NCBI GenBank assembly: GCA_002104945.1
Contig: MCFH01000002.1
Location: 1,364,001-1,428,000, forward strand
Origin: Piromyces finnis finn
Lineage: Eukaryota > Fungi > Neocallimastigomycota
Length of the DNA stretch: 64,000 nucleotides
Reading direction: 5' to 3'
This document shows, piece by piece, positions 11,481-25,296 of this stretch. A program made the position numbers and the translations under genes. The first letter of the stretch is position 1, and each line of letters starts with the position of its first letter. The notes under the pieces were generated by a model. That model saw only the letters and a list, made by a program, of their open reading frames with translations. It did not search any database and was not told the origin of the DNA.

Positions 11481-14464
11481 ATGTCTTTTGAAATGTTTAA
11501 ATTTAAAGCAAAATCCTATACAACGGATTCTTCTAATATCTTAGTGAATGTGAATTTCATTTTTGATAATAAATTAAAATGTCTTGAAAGTATATTCATT
11601 AAACCAGTTAAATCTAATAGTAGTGTTGAAATACAAGCAATATTATTACCAAATTTAACTGTAAAAGAAGATGACGTTCTTATTCCTAACTGGATGTTAA
11701 AATATTGGAAAATCGATAATGAAATGAATTTTACTGATTTTGAAGTAGAAATTCAAATTATTAAAGGTAAAATGATTATCCTAAATGGATTGTTCATTAC
11801 TAATTATTATATTATAACAAATACTTTATATTTTGAAAATATAAACATTTTAAGTTTATATAGATAATATTTTTTTAACTATTATAATCTAAATATATAA
11901 AATTTACAACATTGTAGAAGATAATATTCCATTTTGTGACACTATTACTATCAATAATATATCAAAAGATATATTCTTCCCAAATAAAATTCCAAACAAT
12001 GAAATAGGTTAATATTAATTAATATATAATGTTCATTAATTTATAATAATTTATATAAAATGATTAATAAATTAACAATAATATATTTATATAGATTCAT
12101 ATAATGACAGCATACAATTGAATAATAAAACACCACTTAATTCTATCAATTATAAACAAATAATAATCAGAAATTCAAATAACAAAATTGTAATTTTTAA
12201 TATAAAATTTTTTATTATAATTACTAACAATATATAATTGTAATAACAAATACATTTTAATTTTATATCTATATAAATTTAAAAATTATATGCCATCTAA
12301 ATATTTAATAAAAATAAAAAAAAAAGATAAAATTAAATTCTGCATATGAAATGTTTGTTTCTGCTAATCCATGTTTATTTAAAGTGATAGCAATTAATGG
12401 AGATAAGATAAATAAAACACAATTGTTCAAGATTTCCGAAAATACAAAATTCAGTTTCGAAAGAGAAGTACAGAAGAAAAATAAACATTCATGGGGCTTA
12501 GATAATGAAAGAAAACAACTTATTGATTTATTATGTATGATAACTATTTAATATTTCAAATTTTTCTTTTAAAAAATTAACTATTGAAAATGTCAAAAAA
12601 GAATTTATAATAATACGTTGAAATACATATATTTATTTATATAAAATTATTATTTTATCATAAAACCAGCCTATAATGAAATGGAAAGTATATTACAAAA
12701 GCAGCTAAATATTCAAAAATGTAATGGAATTATAATAAATGGAGTTATTGGTGTAGGAAAACATGAAATTGTTCAGTAAGTTATATAGTAGTTTTTAAAT
12801 TAGTTTATTTATTGGTTTTAAACAAAGATAAATCTATTATATTAATAAATAAAAATGTTTTATTGACTTATATTAAAAATAGAGATGTATGTTCAACATT
12901 AGATATTCCAATATATTCATTATCAATATTAGATATGAATATGGAATATATGAATAATGAAGATAATGAAATGAATTCGACAGAAAGAAATGATGGCCAA
13001 AAATATAGTTATTTAAATAAAGTATTTGATAAAGCAAAACTCTCTGCACCTTCAGTTATATTAATATCAGAGTTGGATTTATTAGCAAATGGTATATAGT
13101 TAGTTTATTTTGATAAATTTTAACATTTATTATCATCAGAAATTAACATGCCTTTTCTAAATATAATAATAAAAATAAAAATAAAAAATATAACAGGAAA
13201 TAATGATTCGGAAATTAATAAAGTATTAATTTTAAAAGATTTAGAAAAAGTTATAGAAGAAGTAAAATATGATAACAGTATACATGTTATTGGTTTAACA
13301 GAAAACAGAAAAGATTTACCAGAAATTTTTAGCAAAAGTCAGTTATTTAATAATGTTATTAATATTGATATACCAAATAGGTAAGTATCAATACTTATCT
13401 TCATTTATATTAATTATTGCTTAAAAATTTTCATTTGTATTGATAAAATATTTTAATGTGTATTGTTAAAATTATAAGAAAAGAGAGGGAAATTCAATTA
13501 TCTTACTTATTAAAAGACCAATTATTAGATAATTCCTTATTAATAAATGAAGAGGAAAATGAAGAGAATATAAGCATTGTTGAAGTTTATGCTAAAAATT
13601 TAAGTGAGGTAAATTTGTTTATTATTTCTATTATTTTTTATAACTTTGATACTAATATTGAGCTTATATTTGTATAGTTAACTCCAGGTTATGTTAGAAA
13701 GAATTTACAACAACTTTGTAATTTCGCAAGACAACATTGCTTAACTAGAAGTAATAATGAATCAAAATCAGGAACAGATAATTTAATAGATATGATGTCT
13801 TCTCTTTCCATTCAAAATCAGTAAATCTTTATTTCTTTTTCTTAGTCTCTTATTATTTTTTTTATTGTTACTGTAGTAATAATAATATTAATATTAATAA
13901 TTTTCATCCTATTGTTTTAGAAAAAAGCAAAATTATGTATTAAACTACAACGATTTTTTATATGCACTTAACCAAGTAAAACCATCTAATACAATAGATT
14001 TTGAAACTAAACGAGAAAAAACGTCTTGGAATGAAATAGGAGGGTACAAATTTTATATAAAAATTTAATTTTAATAAAGTTATTAAAATAGAGAAAAAAT
14101 ATATCTAAAACTTTTCTATCTCTTCTGAAAAAAAAAAAAAAAAAAAAAAGATATGAAAAAATTGTAGAAAAGATTAAACATTTAGTTAAATGGCCATTAC
14201 TCTATCCAGAAACATATACAAAATTAGGTGTTAAACCACCATCTGGATTAATTTTATACGGACCATCTGGTAATTAAATTTATAATAATTCCAATTTTTA
14301 TCTATGAACTATATAATATTAAAAAAATTAATTTAAACTTATTAATAATTATATTTTAATATCACAGGTTGTGGTAAAACATTGATGATTAATGCACTTT
14401 CATCAGATTATTCAATTAATTTTGTTAGAGTAAAAGGGTAATTTAATAATAATAATAATAATAA

Positions 14465-14546
<82 letters not shown>

Positions 14547-15516
14547 TTATTACTTTTACTATTTTATTGAAACGGTTATAGATCTGAAATTATGTCTAAA
14601 TATCTCGGTGAATCCGAACATAAGATTCGAAAACTTTTTGCTCAAGCCAGAAAATTAAATCCATGTGTTTTATTTTTCGATGAATTAGATTCAATTGGTA
14701 CTAAAAGAAGTATGTATAAAATCAAATTATAATTTCATATTTAAAGTATTTTTTTTACCTAAAAATTAATAAATTAACATTTCATATATTATTTAATAAT
14801 TAAAGACTGGTCAGATGATGGTACCGGTGGTGTTGATGAACGTGTATTAAGTACAATGTTAAACGAAATGGATGGTATCCAAGAGCGTCAAGGCATTTTC
14901 ATTATTGGTTGTACTAATAGACCAGATTTAATTGATGATGCCTTATTAAGACCAGGTAAAAATACTATGTTTTATTTTTTGAATAAAAAATTAAATTAAA
15001 TAATAAATTTAATACCTTTTATACTGTGTATATTATATATTACAGGAAGATTTGATCATTTGATTTATATTGATATGCCTAATGTTGAAGATAGGTTAGG
15101 AATTCTTAATACTATCACTCAACCCTATGACGAAGAAAGGATGAAAATTAAAAGTAATAAAGGAATTAATAATAAAAAAGCCGTTATTGACCCTTCAATT
15201 AACTTATCATTATTAGCTCAAAGAACTACTAATTTTACTGGCGCAGATTTAGTAGTCCTATTAAGGTAAATTAATGTATTTTAATGACAAAAATTACTAA
15301 ATTATATTTTAACCATTATAAAAACTTCCAATATTATTTAAAAGACAAGCCGGTATAAATGCTCTTCATGATGATATTAATAGTGAAAGGATATTAATAA
15401 GACATATAGAAAAAGCACTCTTCCCATTAAGTCAAAAAATACAGGAAAGAGAACAAGAATATGATACATTAGTTCTAAAAGATTGTTATAAAAAATTTTA
15501 TGAAAATCATTCATAA
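11481..15516 (+). CDS. Double-ring AAA+ ATPase of the CDC48/AFG2 (SPATA5/SPATA5L1-like) family, multi-exon
   Basis: D2 domain: [15 protein letters not shown]|[10 protein letters not shown] (Walker A), [12 protein letters not shown] (Walker B), [35 protein letters not shown] (second region of homology), FTGADL. Degenerate D1: [14 protein letters not shown] and LISELDLL. Last exon ends ...FYENHS* at 15516. Subfamily not resolved. Confidence 0.85.
14445..14545. repeat. (AAT)n microsatellite inside an AAA ATPase intron
   Basis: Long aataataat run between the ...FVRVK exon and the ...[11 protein letters not shown] exon. Confidence 0.95.
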
Positions 15517-15910
15517 TAAAAAATTTGTTTTTTTTTTTTAAATATATTTTCTATATATTATTTCATATTAACCATATATAATAATTAAATTATATATTTA
15601 TTGTAATACAATTTTATACATAAAATAAATAAAAAATATAATATTAAATATCATTTGATGTACATTTTTTAGTATATTTTACTTCTTGGCTTTATTTTAA
15701 ATTTTATTATTTAATAACAAATTATTACTAATTATTATTTGATTAGTTTTATATAATACATTTTTACTTTTAAAAAAATAAATTCAATATTTATAATACT
15801 ATAACTATATTTAATATGAATTGATATTATTATTTAAAGTTAATTAATAGATTTATAATTAAATGATAATTTATGTGATATAACTAATATATATATTTTT
15901 TTAATTTTAC

Positions 15911-16898
15911 TTAGAGCATATATAAAACTGCAAATAAAGTGGATACTATAAAGAATAATGAGGTCTTAACCATGAATGCATCAGATGATGCATTACCTTT
16001 TACAGAACCTTGTGTTTTTTTGTATATCTTGTCATCAGATAAACCAAGACATTCACTAACCTTTACAAATTTCATGTTTGGGTGAGCAGGCATCCATACA
16101 TTCTTAATGTATGGAATAATTTTTTCAACAGTAACTGGAATGGCATGTTGAAGAGTAATAACGGTATCCTTTTGGGCAGTTTCGCTCTCATATTGAAGCT
16201 TGGCTTGTTCAAAAGCAAAATCATCACCACCACTGTAACTATTTTCCATATCTCTAGTTTCAATATCCCAGTGGATAGCATATGGATAACCGAGTTCATA
16301 TAACCATTCTAATAAAGTATCATTAACAGCACCTGGATTTTGACCATCACCAAATGGAGCTCTGTATGTGGCTGGATAAATACCAATAGCATCGTAAATA
16401 AGGTTTTCATTTTTAATAATTTGTTCGGTAAAAGCTTCTTTAGTATCCATAACCTTCATTAATGGATTATTTAATTTGCATTGTTCTGTGAGACAAGCAT
16501 GATTATATGTATGACTACCAATTTCGTGTCCAGCATCATATATATCCTTAATGAATGGTTTAACGGATGGAAGAGGTTCACCGTTTAAATCCTTTAAAAC
16601 ATTGGCTCCATTAACATAGAATGTAGCAACAATACCAGCATCCTTTAAAGCAGCTAATAATTCTGTAGTTTTATCAGTTGGTCCATCATCAATAGTAAAA
16701 GCAATATTGTTTGGTTGCTTACAATGATATATAATTTCAGCTTTTGGTTTGGAACCTTCTTGATTATTAGCTTGAGCAATAGCAGAAACTATTTAAAAGA
16801 TTTAAAAATATTAAATTAATAAATTTTTTTTTTTAATTATTTTTAATAAAGTACATACCAGCTAAAGAGAAAATGAATGCTAAGTTAGAGAATTTCAT
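15911..16898 (-). CDS. Secreted, probably GPI-anchored chitin deacetylase / NodB polysaccharide deacetylase (CE4), paralog 1, 2 exons
   Basis: Exons 16898-16859 and 16788-15911. Signal peptide MKFSNLAFIFSLAVSAIAQA. CE4 motifs: TIDDGP, GHEIGSHTYNH, YRAPFG, HWDIETRD, LQH. Hydrophobic C-terminus NASSDAFMVKTSLFFIVSTLFAVLYML*. Confidence 0.93.
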
Positions 16899-18801
16899 TT
16901 TTACTATCTGCGAAAAAAAAATATATGTATATATATATTTATAAAAATTAATAAACCATTTCATTTCATATATATTTTATTTATAAAAGGTATCAAACTG
17001 GTCTTAAATAATATTATGAAATTTATTTAATCCTTACTTATTATTAAATATTAAATATATAATTGATGAAATATATTTTTATATTTTTATATAATTTACT
17101 TTTTCAAATTTGTGTTTTTTTTTTTTTTTATTTAAAAAAAAATAAATTTTGGTTTTTTTCTTTTATTTATATATAATTTTAAAACTTCGTATATCCAATT
17201 ATTTCCATATATTATTTAATTAATTTTAATTACATAAAAATACATTCGATAAGAATAGTAATAGAATAATCCGAATATTGTAATATGTCTCAAAATGTAA
17301 TTTTCTTCTTTTTTTTTTTAATTTTCTAATTTTTATATAAAGTGAAATTGTTCTTTATTATTATGCTTTAATACAATATTCATTTTATTTTATTTTTTAA
17401 ATAAAATGTTAAATGTTAATTAAAAAAAATTATAAACCTATAAAATATTTTTTTATTTATATCAGTATTAATAATATTTCAAGCATTTTTTTTTTTTTTT
17501 TTTTAGTTTTAATAATATTGATTATGCGCCTTAATTATATTTTTTATTAAAAATTTGTAATAAAATGTTTTTTTATAAGTACATTATTTTTCATTTTGTT
17601 AGTTATAAATACTAACATTAATAAATAAAATGAATCTTTATAAAATATTTTAGTCATAAAATTATAGCAATCCCTTGTCAATATCAAAATAATTGATAAT
17701 TAAGGATGAAAAGAAACAACCATCTTTAAATACTTCAATAATGCGATAAATTTTTGATGATTTTTTTTTTTTGAACTGATTATTTTATAAAATAAATTTT
17801 TTTAAATTATTTTATTGTGGAATAATATATCTTTTTTTTTTTTTTTAATTGCTGTATATACTATTATTTTATTTATAAAATTTAATAACAATTTTTATTA
17901 ACATCTATAAAGACGACTATTATTTTATTAATATATTAAATATTCCAATGACTAAGAAGAATGGAATTATTATATCAATCATTTAAAGGATTTTCTTTAA
18001 TATGTATTTCTCTTTTTTTTAAAAGGAAAAAATATAAATTTTTACTACTAAAGTATCCTTAGATTCTAACATTCAATGTATAAAGTTCTAACTGTCCTTA
18101 AAGGGATAAATTTCAGAACATTAATTATTATGCTAATTGTTCTACTTTTAAGAAATAATAAATTTACATTTTATAGATTTTGCAAGTAAATATCATATGA
18201 ATATCTTTGGTAAATTTTTTTTTTAAGTTTTTTAATAGGATGAAATTCTTCACAGCAGATGTGTAAACAATTTCATATTTAATAATACAAAATTAATACA
18301 TCTTTGTAATCATTTCTTGTATTATTCAAAAGAGATGATTTGCAAAACAATAAATAATAATGAAAGGAACTTATTTTCAATTTAATTCAATCAAATAAAC
18401 AAACAAAAAAGACTACTATTAAAATATTTAAATGATAATTATATTTATTTTTAAAAAATATATATATAAAGATATATATATTTATTTCTTATTTATTATA
18501 TAAAAAAATTAGTATCGATAACTTTAACCTTTAATAAAATACAAAAATATATCTAATAGAATAGAATTTTATTCATAATTCTCATATAAATTTGATATAT
18601 ATAATCTCTATTATGTAAATAGTAATTATTGTATTATTATAAAAAAAAATCAGTATAATATATTTTTGTATTATTATAAATAAAAAAAAAAGATCAGTAT
18701 AATATATTATTTATCATTCCATATATGGATTCTATAATATTTATGCTTTCATGTTTAATAGATTAATCAGCACTATCTTTTAGATATAAAAAATAGCCTT
18801 C

Positions 18802-20106
18802 TTAGAAATAGTTGATTAATAAAGAAATAGTAGCAAGTAAAACACTTCCGAATAAACCAGTGAAAATAGTTTTAGCATTACCTATACAATTTTTAATTAA
18901 AAAATTAATATATTTAAATGTTCAGTATTAATTTAAATTATTTGTTACTTACTAGAATCATCAGAGGAAGGATTACCACTACTTGGATTTTTTACAGGAC
19001 CTTTGGTAGTTCTGTAAATATCTGCGTCAGTTAATCCAAGACATTCACTAACTTTAACAAATTTCATATTTGGATGAGCTGGCATCCAAACATCTTTAAT
19101 CCATGGAATAATTTTTTCAATGGTAACTGGAATAGCGTGTTGAAGAGTAATTAATTTATCTTTTTGACCAACTTCACTATTATAGTGTTCTTGAGCTTGT
19201 TGGAAAGCATAATCATCATTAATATTTTGGTTTTCCATATCTTGAGTTTCAATATCCCAGTGAATAGCATATGGGTATCCTAATTCATATAACCATTCTA
19301 ATAAAGTGTTGTTTACATTTCCTGGATTTTGACCATCACCAAATGGAGCTCTGTAAGTAGCTGGATAAACACCAATTGCATTATAAATGAAATCTTCATT
19401 CTTAACAATTTGTTCAGTAAAAGTTTCTTTTGTATCCATAAGCTTCATTAATGGATTATTTAATATACATTGTTCAGTGAGACAAGCATGGTTATAAGTA
19501 TGACTAAATAAAAACATTTTAAGATTTAGTTTTATTTCTTTTTCATTTAATTATTTAATATTTTCTACTATTTTTACCTTCCAATTTCATGACCTCTTTC
19601 ATAAATTTCTTTAAGATATGGTGCAACTAAAGCAGTTGGTTCACCATTTACATCTTTCATAAGATTATTACAATTAACATAGAAAGTAGCTTTAATACCA
19701 ATATTATCTAAAGCATCAAGTAATTCTGGGTTTTTTTCAGTTGGGCCATCATCAATAGTTAATGCAATTGTATTTGGTTTAGCACACTTTATAAATAAAA
19801 ATTAATTAATTTTACTTTAATAATAATTTAAAAAAAAAATAATAATAATTATAAAATTTTCACGTTTAACATACAGAGTAAAAAATTTGAGCTTGATTTT
19901 GAGCTAAAGTTAAACCTTTTTATTTTAATTATATATATATATATATATTTTTTTTTGCATTAAAGAAAGAATTTTAAAGTTAAAAAAAAATTCATTTTAA
20001 ATACTTTATATTATAAAAACCTATATTTTGTCTATAAAAGTTATTTTTTTTAAATGAATATTATACCTGATAATAATAAACTACTTAAAATTGAAATGTA
20101 CTTCAT
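18802..20106 (-). CDS. Secreted, probably GPI-anchored chitin deacetylase (CE4), paralog 2, 5 exons
   Basis: Exons 20106-20067, 19915-19875, 19786-19578, 19503-18953, 18881-18802. N-terminus MKYISILSSLLLSGLTLAQ. Motifs TIDDGP, GHEIGS|HTYNH, YRAPFG, HWDIETQD, LQH. C-terminal SNAKTIFTGLFGSVLLATISLLINYF*. The first exon is less certain than the others. Confidence 0.9.
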
Positions 20107-23100
20107 TTTGCTATAAATTTATTTCTACTATCCTTTTTTTTCCTTCTTTATTTTTTAAAAAAAAAAAAAAAATTTAAAGAAAATAATAAACAATTATAAA
20201 AAATTTAATTTTTAAGAAATTTTTTAATCTTTATATATTAAAATTTTAAAATTGTTTTTAATTAGTTTTATATATTAATTTGTAGTATAAATAAAACGTT
20301 TTTTTAAAAAGTTTGCATAAAAAAAATTTTTTAGGCAAATAAAAAGCAAAAAAAAAAAAACTACCAACAACCAGCTTGCTAAAAATATTAAAAGTTATTT
20401 AACTATTCATTCTATATATTTTATTATTATTTTTTTTTTTACCTTTAAAATATATTGGATTCCTAACCGTTTTAATTTTAATCTATTTTAATATATATTA
20501 TATATTAATTAATAATATTATTTCCATTTCTATATTTTATTATCAAATGTTAATATTATTTTAAATCATTTTTAAATATGAAGTAATTTAAATTAATTAA
20601 TAAGATATATAGATATTATAATATATAATATACTTTTATAATATATTGAATATATGATAATATATATTGTTACTGATATAAAAACAATAGTTAGATTTAT
20701 AACACAATACCAATTTATTATATAATATATTTTTAATATATATAAAATTTGGTGTTTTATTCATTATTATTTATCTTTGAAAAATAATTTTTTATTAATT
20801 AAATATATTATTGGTTAATTTGTAATATATTATAACTATAGTTACCATAGTTATATAATATATTCTTAATTATTATTATAAATATTTAAATTTGATATTG
20901 AATACTTTTATAAAAATATAAAACAGTAATTATATTATTAATATATTTTAATATATGTTATCATATATTATTGTGTAATTCATATGAAATTATATAAAAA
21001 TAGAGATTTCTTCAAGGAAACCTTAACGGAAGTTTAAAACTTTATTAGAATAAAAAAAAAACGAATGTATAAGAAAATGTATACAATAAATTTGAATAAT
21101 CATCTTTTTTTTATATAATAAAAGATTAACAAAATTTTATGTTATTTTATTCTTTATTGTAAAAGTATAAAATAAAGGTAGTTTACTTTATTTACCCTTT
21201 TTAATTATAATAATAATAATAATAATAATATAATTGCATATTTTTCAGCATAAAAATAAAAAAAACTAATTTATAAATTTTTCATTTTATAATTAATATA
21301 AACCATGTGGTTATTTAAAATAAATTAATACTAAATAATTCTATTAATATTAATTTTATATACAAGAAAGATTTGGTCATATAACATAATAAAATAAAAA
21401 AAAAAAAGTAGAATTTATAATAAAGAAACTAAAATTGTATAGTAAAATAAAATAGAAATAGTATAGCTAGTTAAAAAAATTATACTATTTTATTTTGTCC
21501 TTTGGCAAATTTGAAAAAAAAAAGCTTTTTTTTAAACACAAAAATAAAAGAAAATCTTTTTTTTAATAGAATATATTAAATAACATTTATTTAATTATTT
21601 ATTATTCATTTATTTAATTATAATAAATTAAATTTTTAATTAGAATTATTTATTTAATTTTAAAAGTTTATTCTTTTAAAAATATTTACTAGTAGGTTGA
21701 TGATGATAATTAATAGCTTGTTATTGGTATTTATAAAAGTATTGAAAAAGAACTTTTGAAAACTAAGTATATATAATATGTATAATAATATATAATTAAT
21801 ATTAAATAGATTTTATATTTAAATATATATTATTACTATATAATATTAATAATAATAAATACATAAATACCACAAAAAATTTAAATTTTTAAAGTTACAT
21901 TCAAATAAACAAATAAATATTTTAAGTATTTATTATTTGTATGTTGAATATACCTGAATTAAGAATAGAGTAGAATAATAAAAATGTCTCTTTTTAAATA
22001 ATAATACTCTGAAAATCTACCATACTTAATAAATAAACTATTTATTTATTCATTCATTTATTTATAAATAATTTTAAATAATAAATTAATAAAATTTTAA
22101 GAATATTTTTGGTTATCACAAAATTATAATTATTATTTAATAGTTAAAACCATAAAAAATAATTAAAAGTTAAAATTTTTATTTATATAACGACTAGTTG
22201 CTAAAAATTCTTATTGGTTTTAATAATTAGATAAAGTTATTTAGTTATCATTTCTTTAACAATTATAATTACTAATTACTAAATATTTAAGACATTATCT
22301 TTATTATGAACTTTTGTGTACCATTCATTGCAGTATTTGTTAAGCAATTAAAGAAGAAAAGATGTTTTAATATATAAATTGGTATTTATATAAATTTTAA
22401 AATTAATTAAAATGATAAAAATAAATAACAAAATAAAGTATTTAATTAATAGTAAAAAAAAAAATAAATGTTAAATTAAAAAAAAAACATAAATATAACT
22501 AAAAAGTTTAAATATTTAGCATTTAATTTAATTATAATTGAAGAAAAATAATATATATTTTTATATTTTTTTATATAAGTGAGTAATATTTTTTTCAATT
22601 GATAAAACTTTTAATAGTAGTCATAAAAAGATATCTATAGTTTTTCTTAATTTATTTTTTACATATATATATTAAAATCCTTTTTCCTTTTTTAAAAATG
22701 ATACAGTTTGTTCTCTTCTAAATAAAATATATAAAGAAAACTAAAAACTAAATATGTAGTAGATTATTTATTTTATTCTAAAAATTTAAAAACAAAACAA
22801 TAAAAATGCTTATATCAATTTAATAATTTAATATACTAATATTTAACTTTATAATTTTTAAGTTAATGCTATTTATTAATATTTTATTATTTGCTTTATT
22901 TGGTATATTGTAATATTAAAAAAAAATTAAATAAAAATTGTTTATAATAGATTTATAATTAAACAAGATATGAAATAGTAAAAAAAAATAGTATACATTT
23001 AATTATTGAAAAAAAATTTTAAAACTATTTTATAAAAAAGATAATTGCTAAAAGTTTTAGATAAGTAATTTTTCATTTATACAAGGTTTCAATGACGATT

Positions 23101-23107
23101 AAATTAA

Positions 23108-25296
23108 TTAGAATTGATGTAATTTATAATTTCTTTCTCCTGGTACTCTATCTACTGTCATACGTGTTCTAATAACTTGATTTTCAAATATGAATGTTTT
23201 AAATGGTTTTAATAATAATCCCATCAATATATAAAAAGATAAATACTGAATCCATGCACTTTTAAGTACTTCTAATAAACTTGGTCGATAAGTATTTTAT
23301 TTCAAAAAATATTTAGAAATATTCATAAATTCATATACAGAAAAAAAAATTGGTTAAGGAGACAAATTTTTATTTTAAATTCTTTTTTAAAAAAAAATTA
23401 TATATAATTAAATATTGAATAAATTATATTAAAAAAAAAAAAGGATATTGAATAATTTGCTTATTATATCTAATTTTCCCTGATATTATAAAGTCATTCT
23501 CCATTGGTCTATCGGTTTGCCATATGGGATAATTTATTTTTAATTCAGTTTTATCTATTCATTGTCATTAATATTTTATTAATAATACATTATTATGCTA
23601 TTTAAATTAATAGTAAATAGTACTAAAAAAAATTGATATATTACCATCTCTATCCATGTAATTTTCAATTATATTTTCCCATGACCAGTTATATATATTA
23701 TAATCCCAAGCACTTGTAAAATTTAAGCAACCAACATTATATTTATTTCTTATTGTTCCCATTTGAAGTAATTCATTTTGTTTAAATAATAATTCTCCAT
23801 CAACAAATACTTTTGATCCTGGTATCGGACTTGATAAATCTAATATACCTAATGATTCCATAATTAATGGAAAATCCTATATAATGTTATTAAAAAATTT
23901 AAATAAGATTATAATAAAGATTAGTATTCGCATTCATATAAAGCAATACATAACATCCCTTATTAAAAGCTAAAAAAAAATAAAATGAAAAAAAAATAAT
24001 AATAATAAAATTTATATATAAATTTCAATATTATTAGAAAAAAATAAAAATGAAAAAAAAAGTCTAATTACTGGAATTTGATAATCATAGACAAAAGCAA
24101 CTTTCGTACGATATACAGTTTCATTCTTGTATAATGGCATTGATATTTCAAATTTCATATAATCATTTAATAAATCTCTATTTGTGTCTATTTCTGAGGT
24201 CTATATAAAATTTTGATATAAAAGAAATAACATTACTAAAGAAATATTAAATAATATTAGCTATAAAATTTTATATTAAATAGTAACCTTTAAATCTTAC
24301 CTTAATAACAGGAACTCTTACAAAAGATTTATAAAAATTATTATATCCAGGATAAGTACCATAGACATATGAAAATGTTTCAACAGGATTAGAACCTTCT
24401 ATTACTCCTTCTACTAATAATATTAATTCATGTTTAAAGGAAACTTGAGGTTGTACTCTATAAGTATTTTCTTTTAACCAGAATGCTATATAATAAATAT
24501 ATTATATTTTTAATACTTTTTTTTTTTAAATAAAAAATAAAAATTAAATGAAATAACACTATATACTATATTATCAACAATTATTTAATGATTAAATTGT
24601 TCTAATAATAATTATTTATTAAGCGTTAAATATTATATTTATATAAAAATATAGCTTTTGAGATTATAGAGTTAAATTTTATTCCATTGTTGTTTTCCTT
24701 TATGTTATTTTTGAAATTGATATTATATTCTTTATGGGAATAATAATAGAATATAATATCTTTTTTTTTATCTTTTTATTAGTTTCTAAATACTTCCGCC
24801 ATAAAGATAGTATGTATATATGTATAGGCGCGCTTTTTCATTAGTAATAAAATTTTAATAAATTATTTATTCTATTAATTTATTTTTCAATTTTCTTTTT
24901 TGAAATGATTTCACTTTTTAATATAAAAGTATTGTAATAGTTCAATAATGATAATACTGAAAATTTTTTCTTTTTCATTTTTATATTTATTATTATATAT
25001 AAATATAACTTTATTGCAATTCTCTTTATATTTCTTTATATCTCTTATATTAATACATTTCATTATTTTTTTTTCTACAATTAATAGAGTTTTATTTCAC
25101 TTAAATTATTATTATTTTTCTTGAATGATAAAAGTATTTTTTAATTTTTAATATAATTATTACATTTTGTCGAATATGCTACAAAATAAGGAACGATAAT
25201 CCAAAATAAATGATATAAAATTAGAATAAAGGTCGCCGTTGAGCATAATGGAGCATGAAAATGACGTGAAAATGGTTGACTGAATAAAACTAACAT
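23108..25296 (-). CDS. TMEM231: Transmembrane protein 231 homolog (ciliary transition zone, MKS module)
   Basis: Spliced product MLVLFSQPFSRHFHAPLCSTATF...YSTKS|FWLKENTYRVQPQVSFKHEL...RVPVIK|TSEIDTNRD...|MESLGILDLSSPIPGSKVFVDGELLFKQ...|YRPSLLEVLKSAWIQYLS...FIFENQVI. It matches remembered TMEM231 hallmarks (FWLK..Y.EQP.V.F, PVPGS..V.GDL.L.Q, YRPG.WE..K.AW.QY). Confidence 0.88.

Noticed and set aside
19960-19995. ATG at 19995 as the start of deacetylase paralog 2
   Set aside because: In-frame TAA after 11 codons. The exon at 20106-20067 gives a better signal peptide and splice phase.
24780-24802. MAEVFRN as a TMEM231 start
   Set aside because: Immediate stop codon. The true first exon at 25296-25164 matches the family N-terminus.
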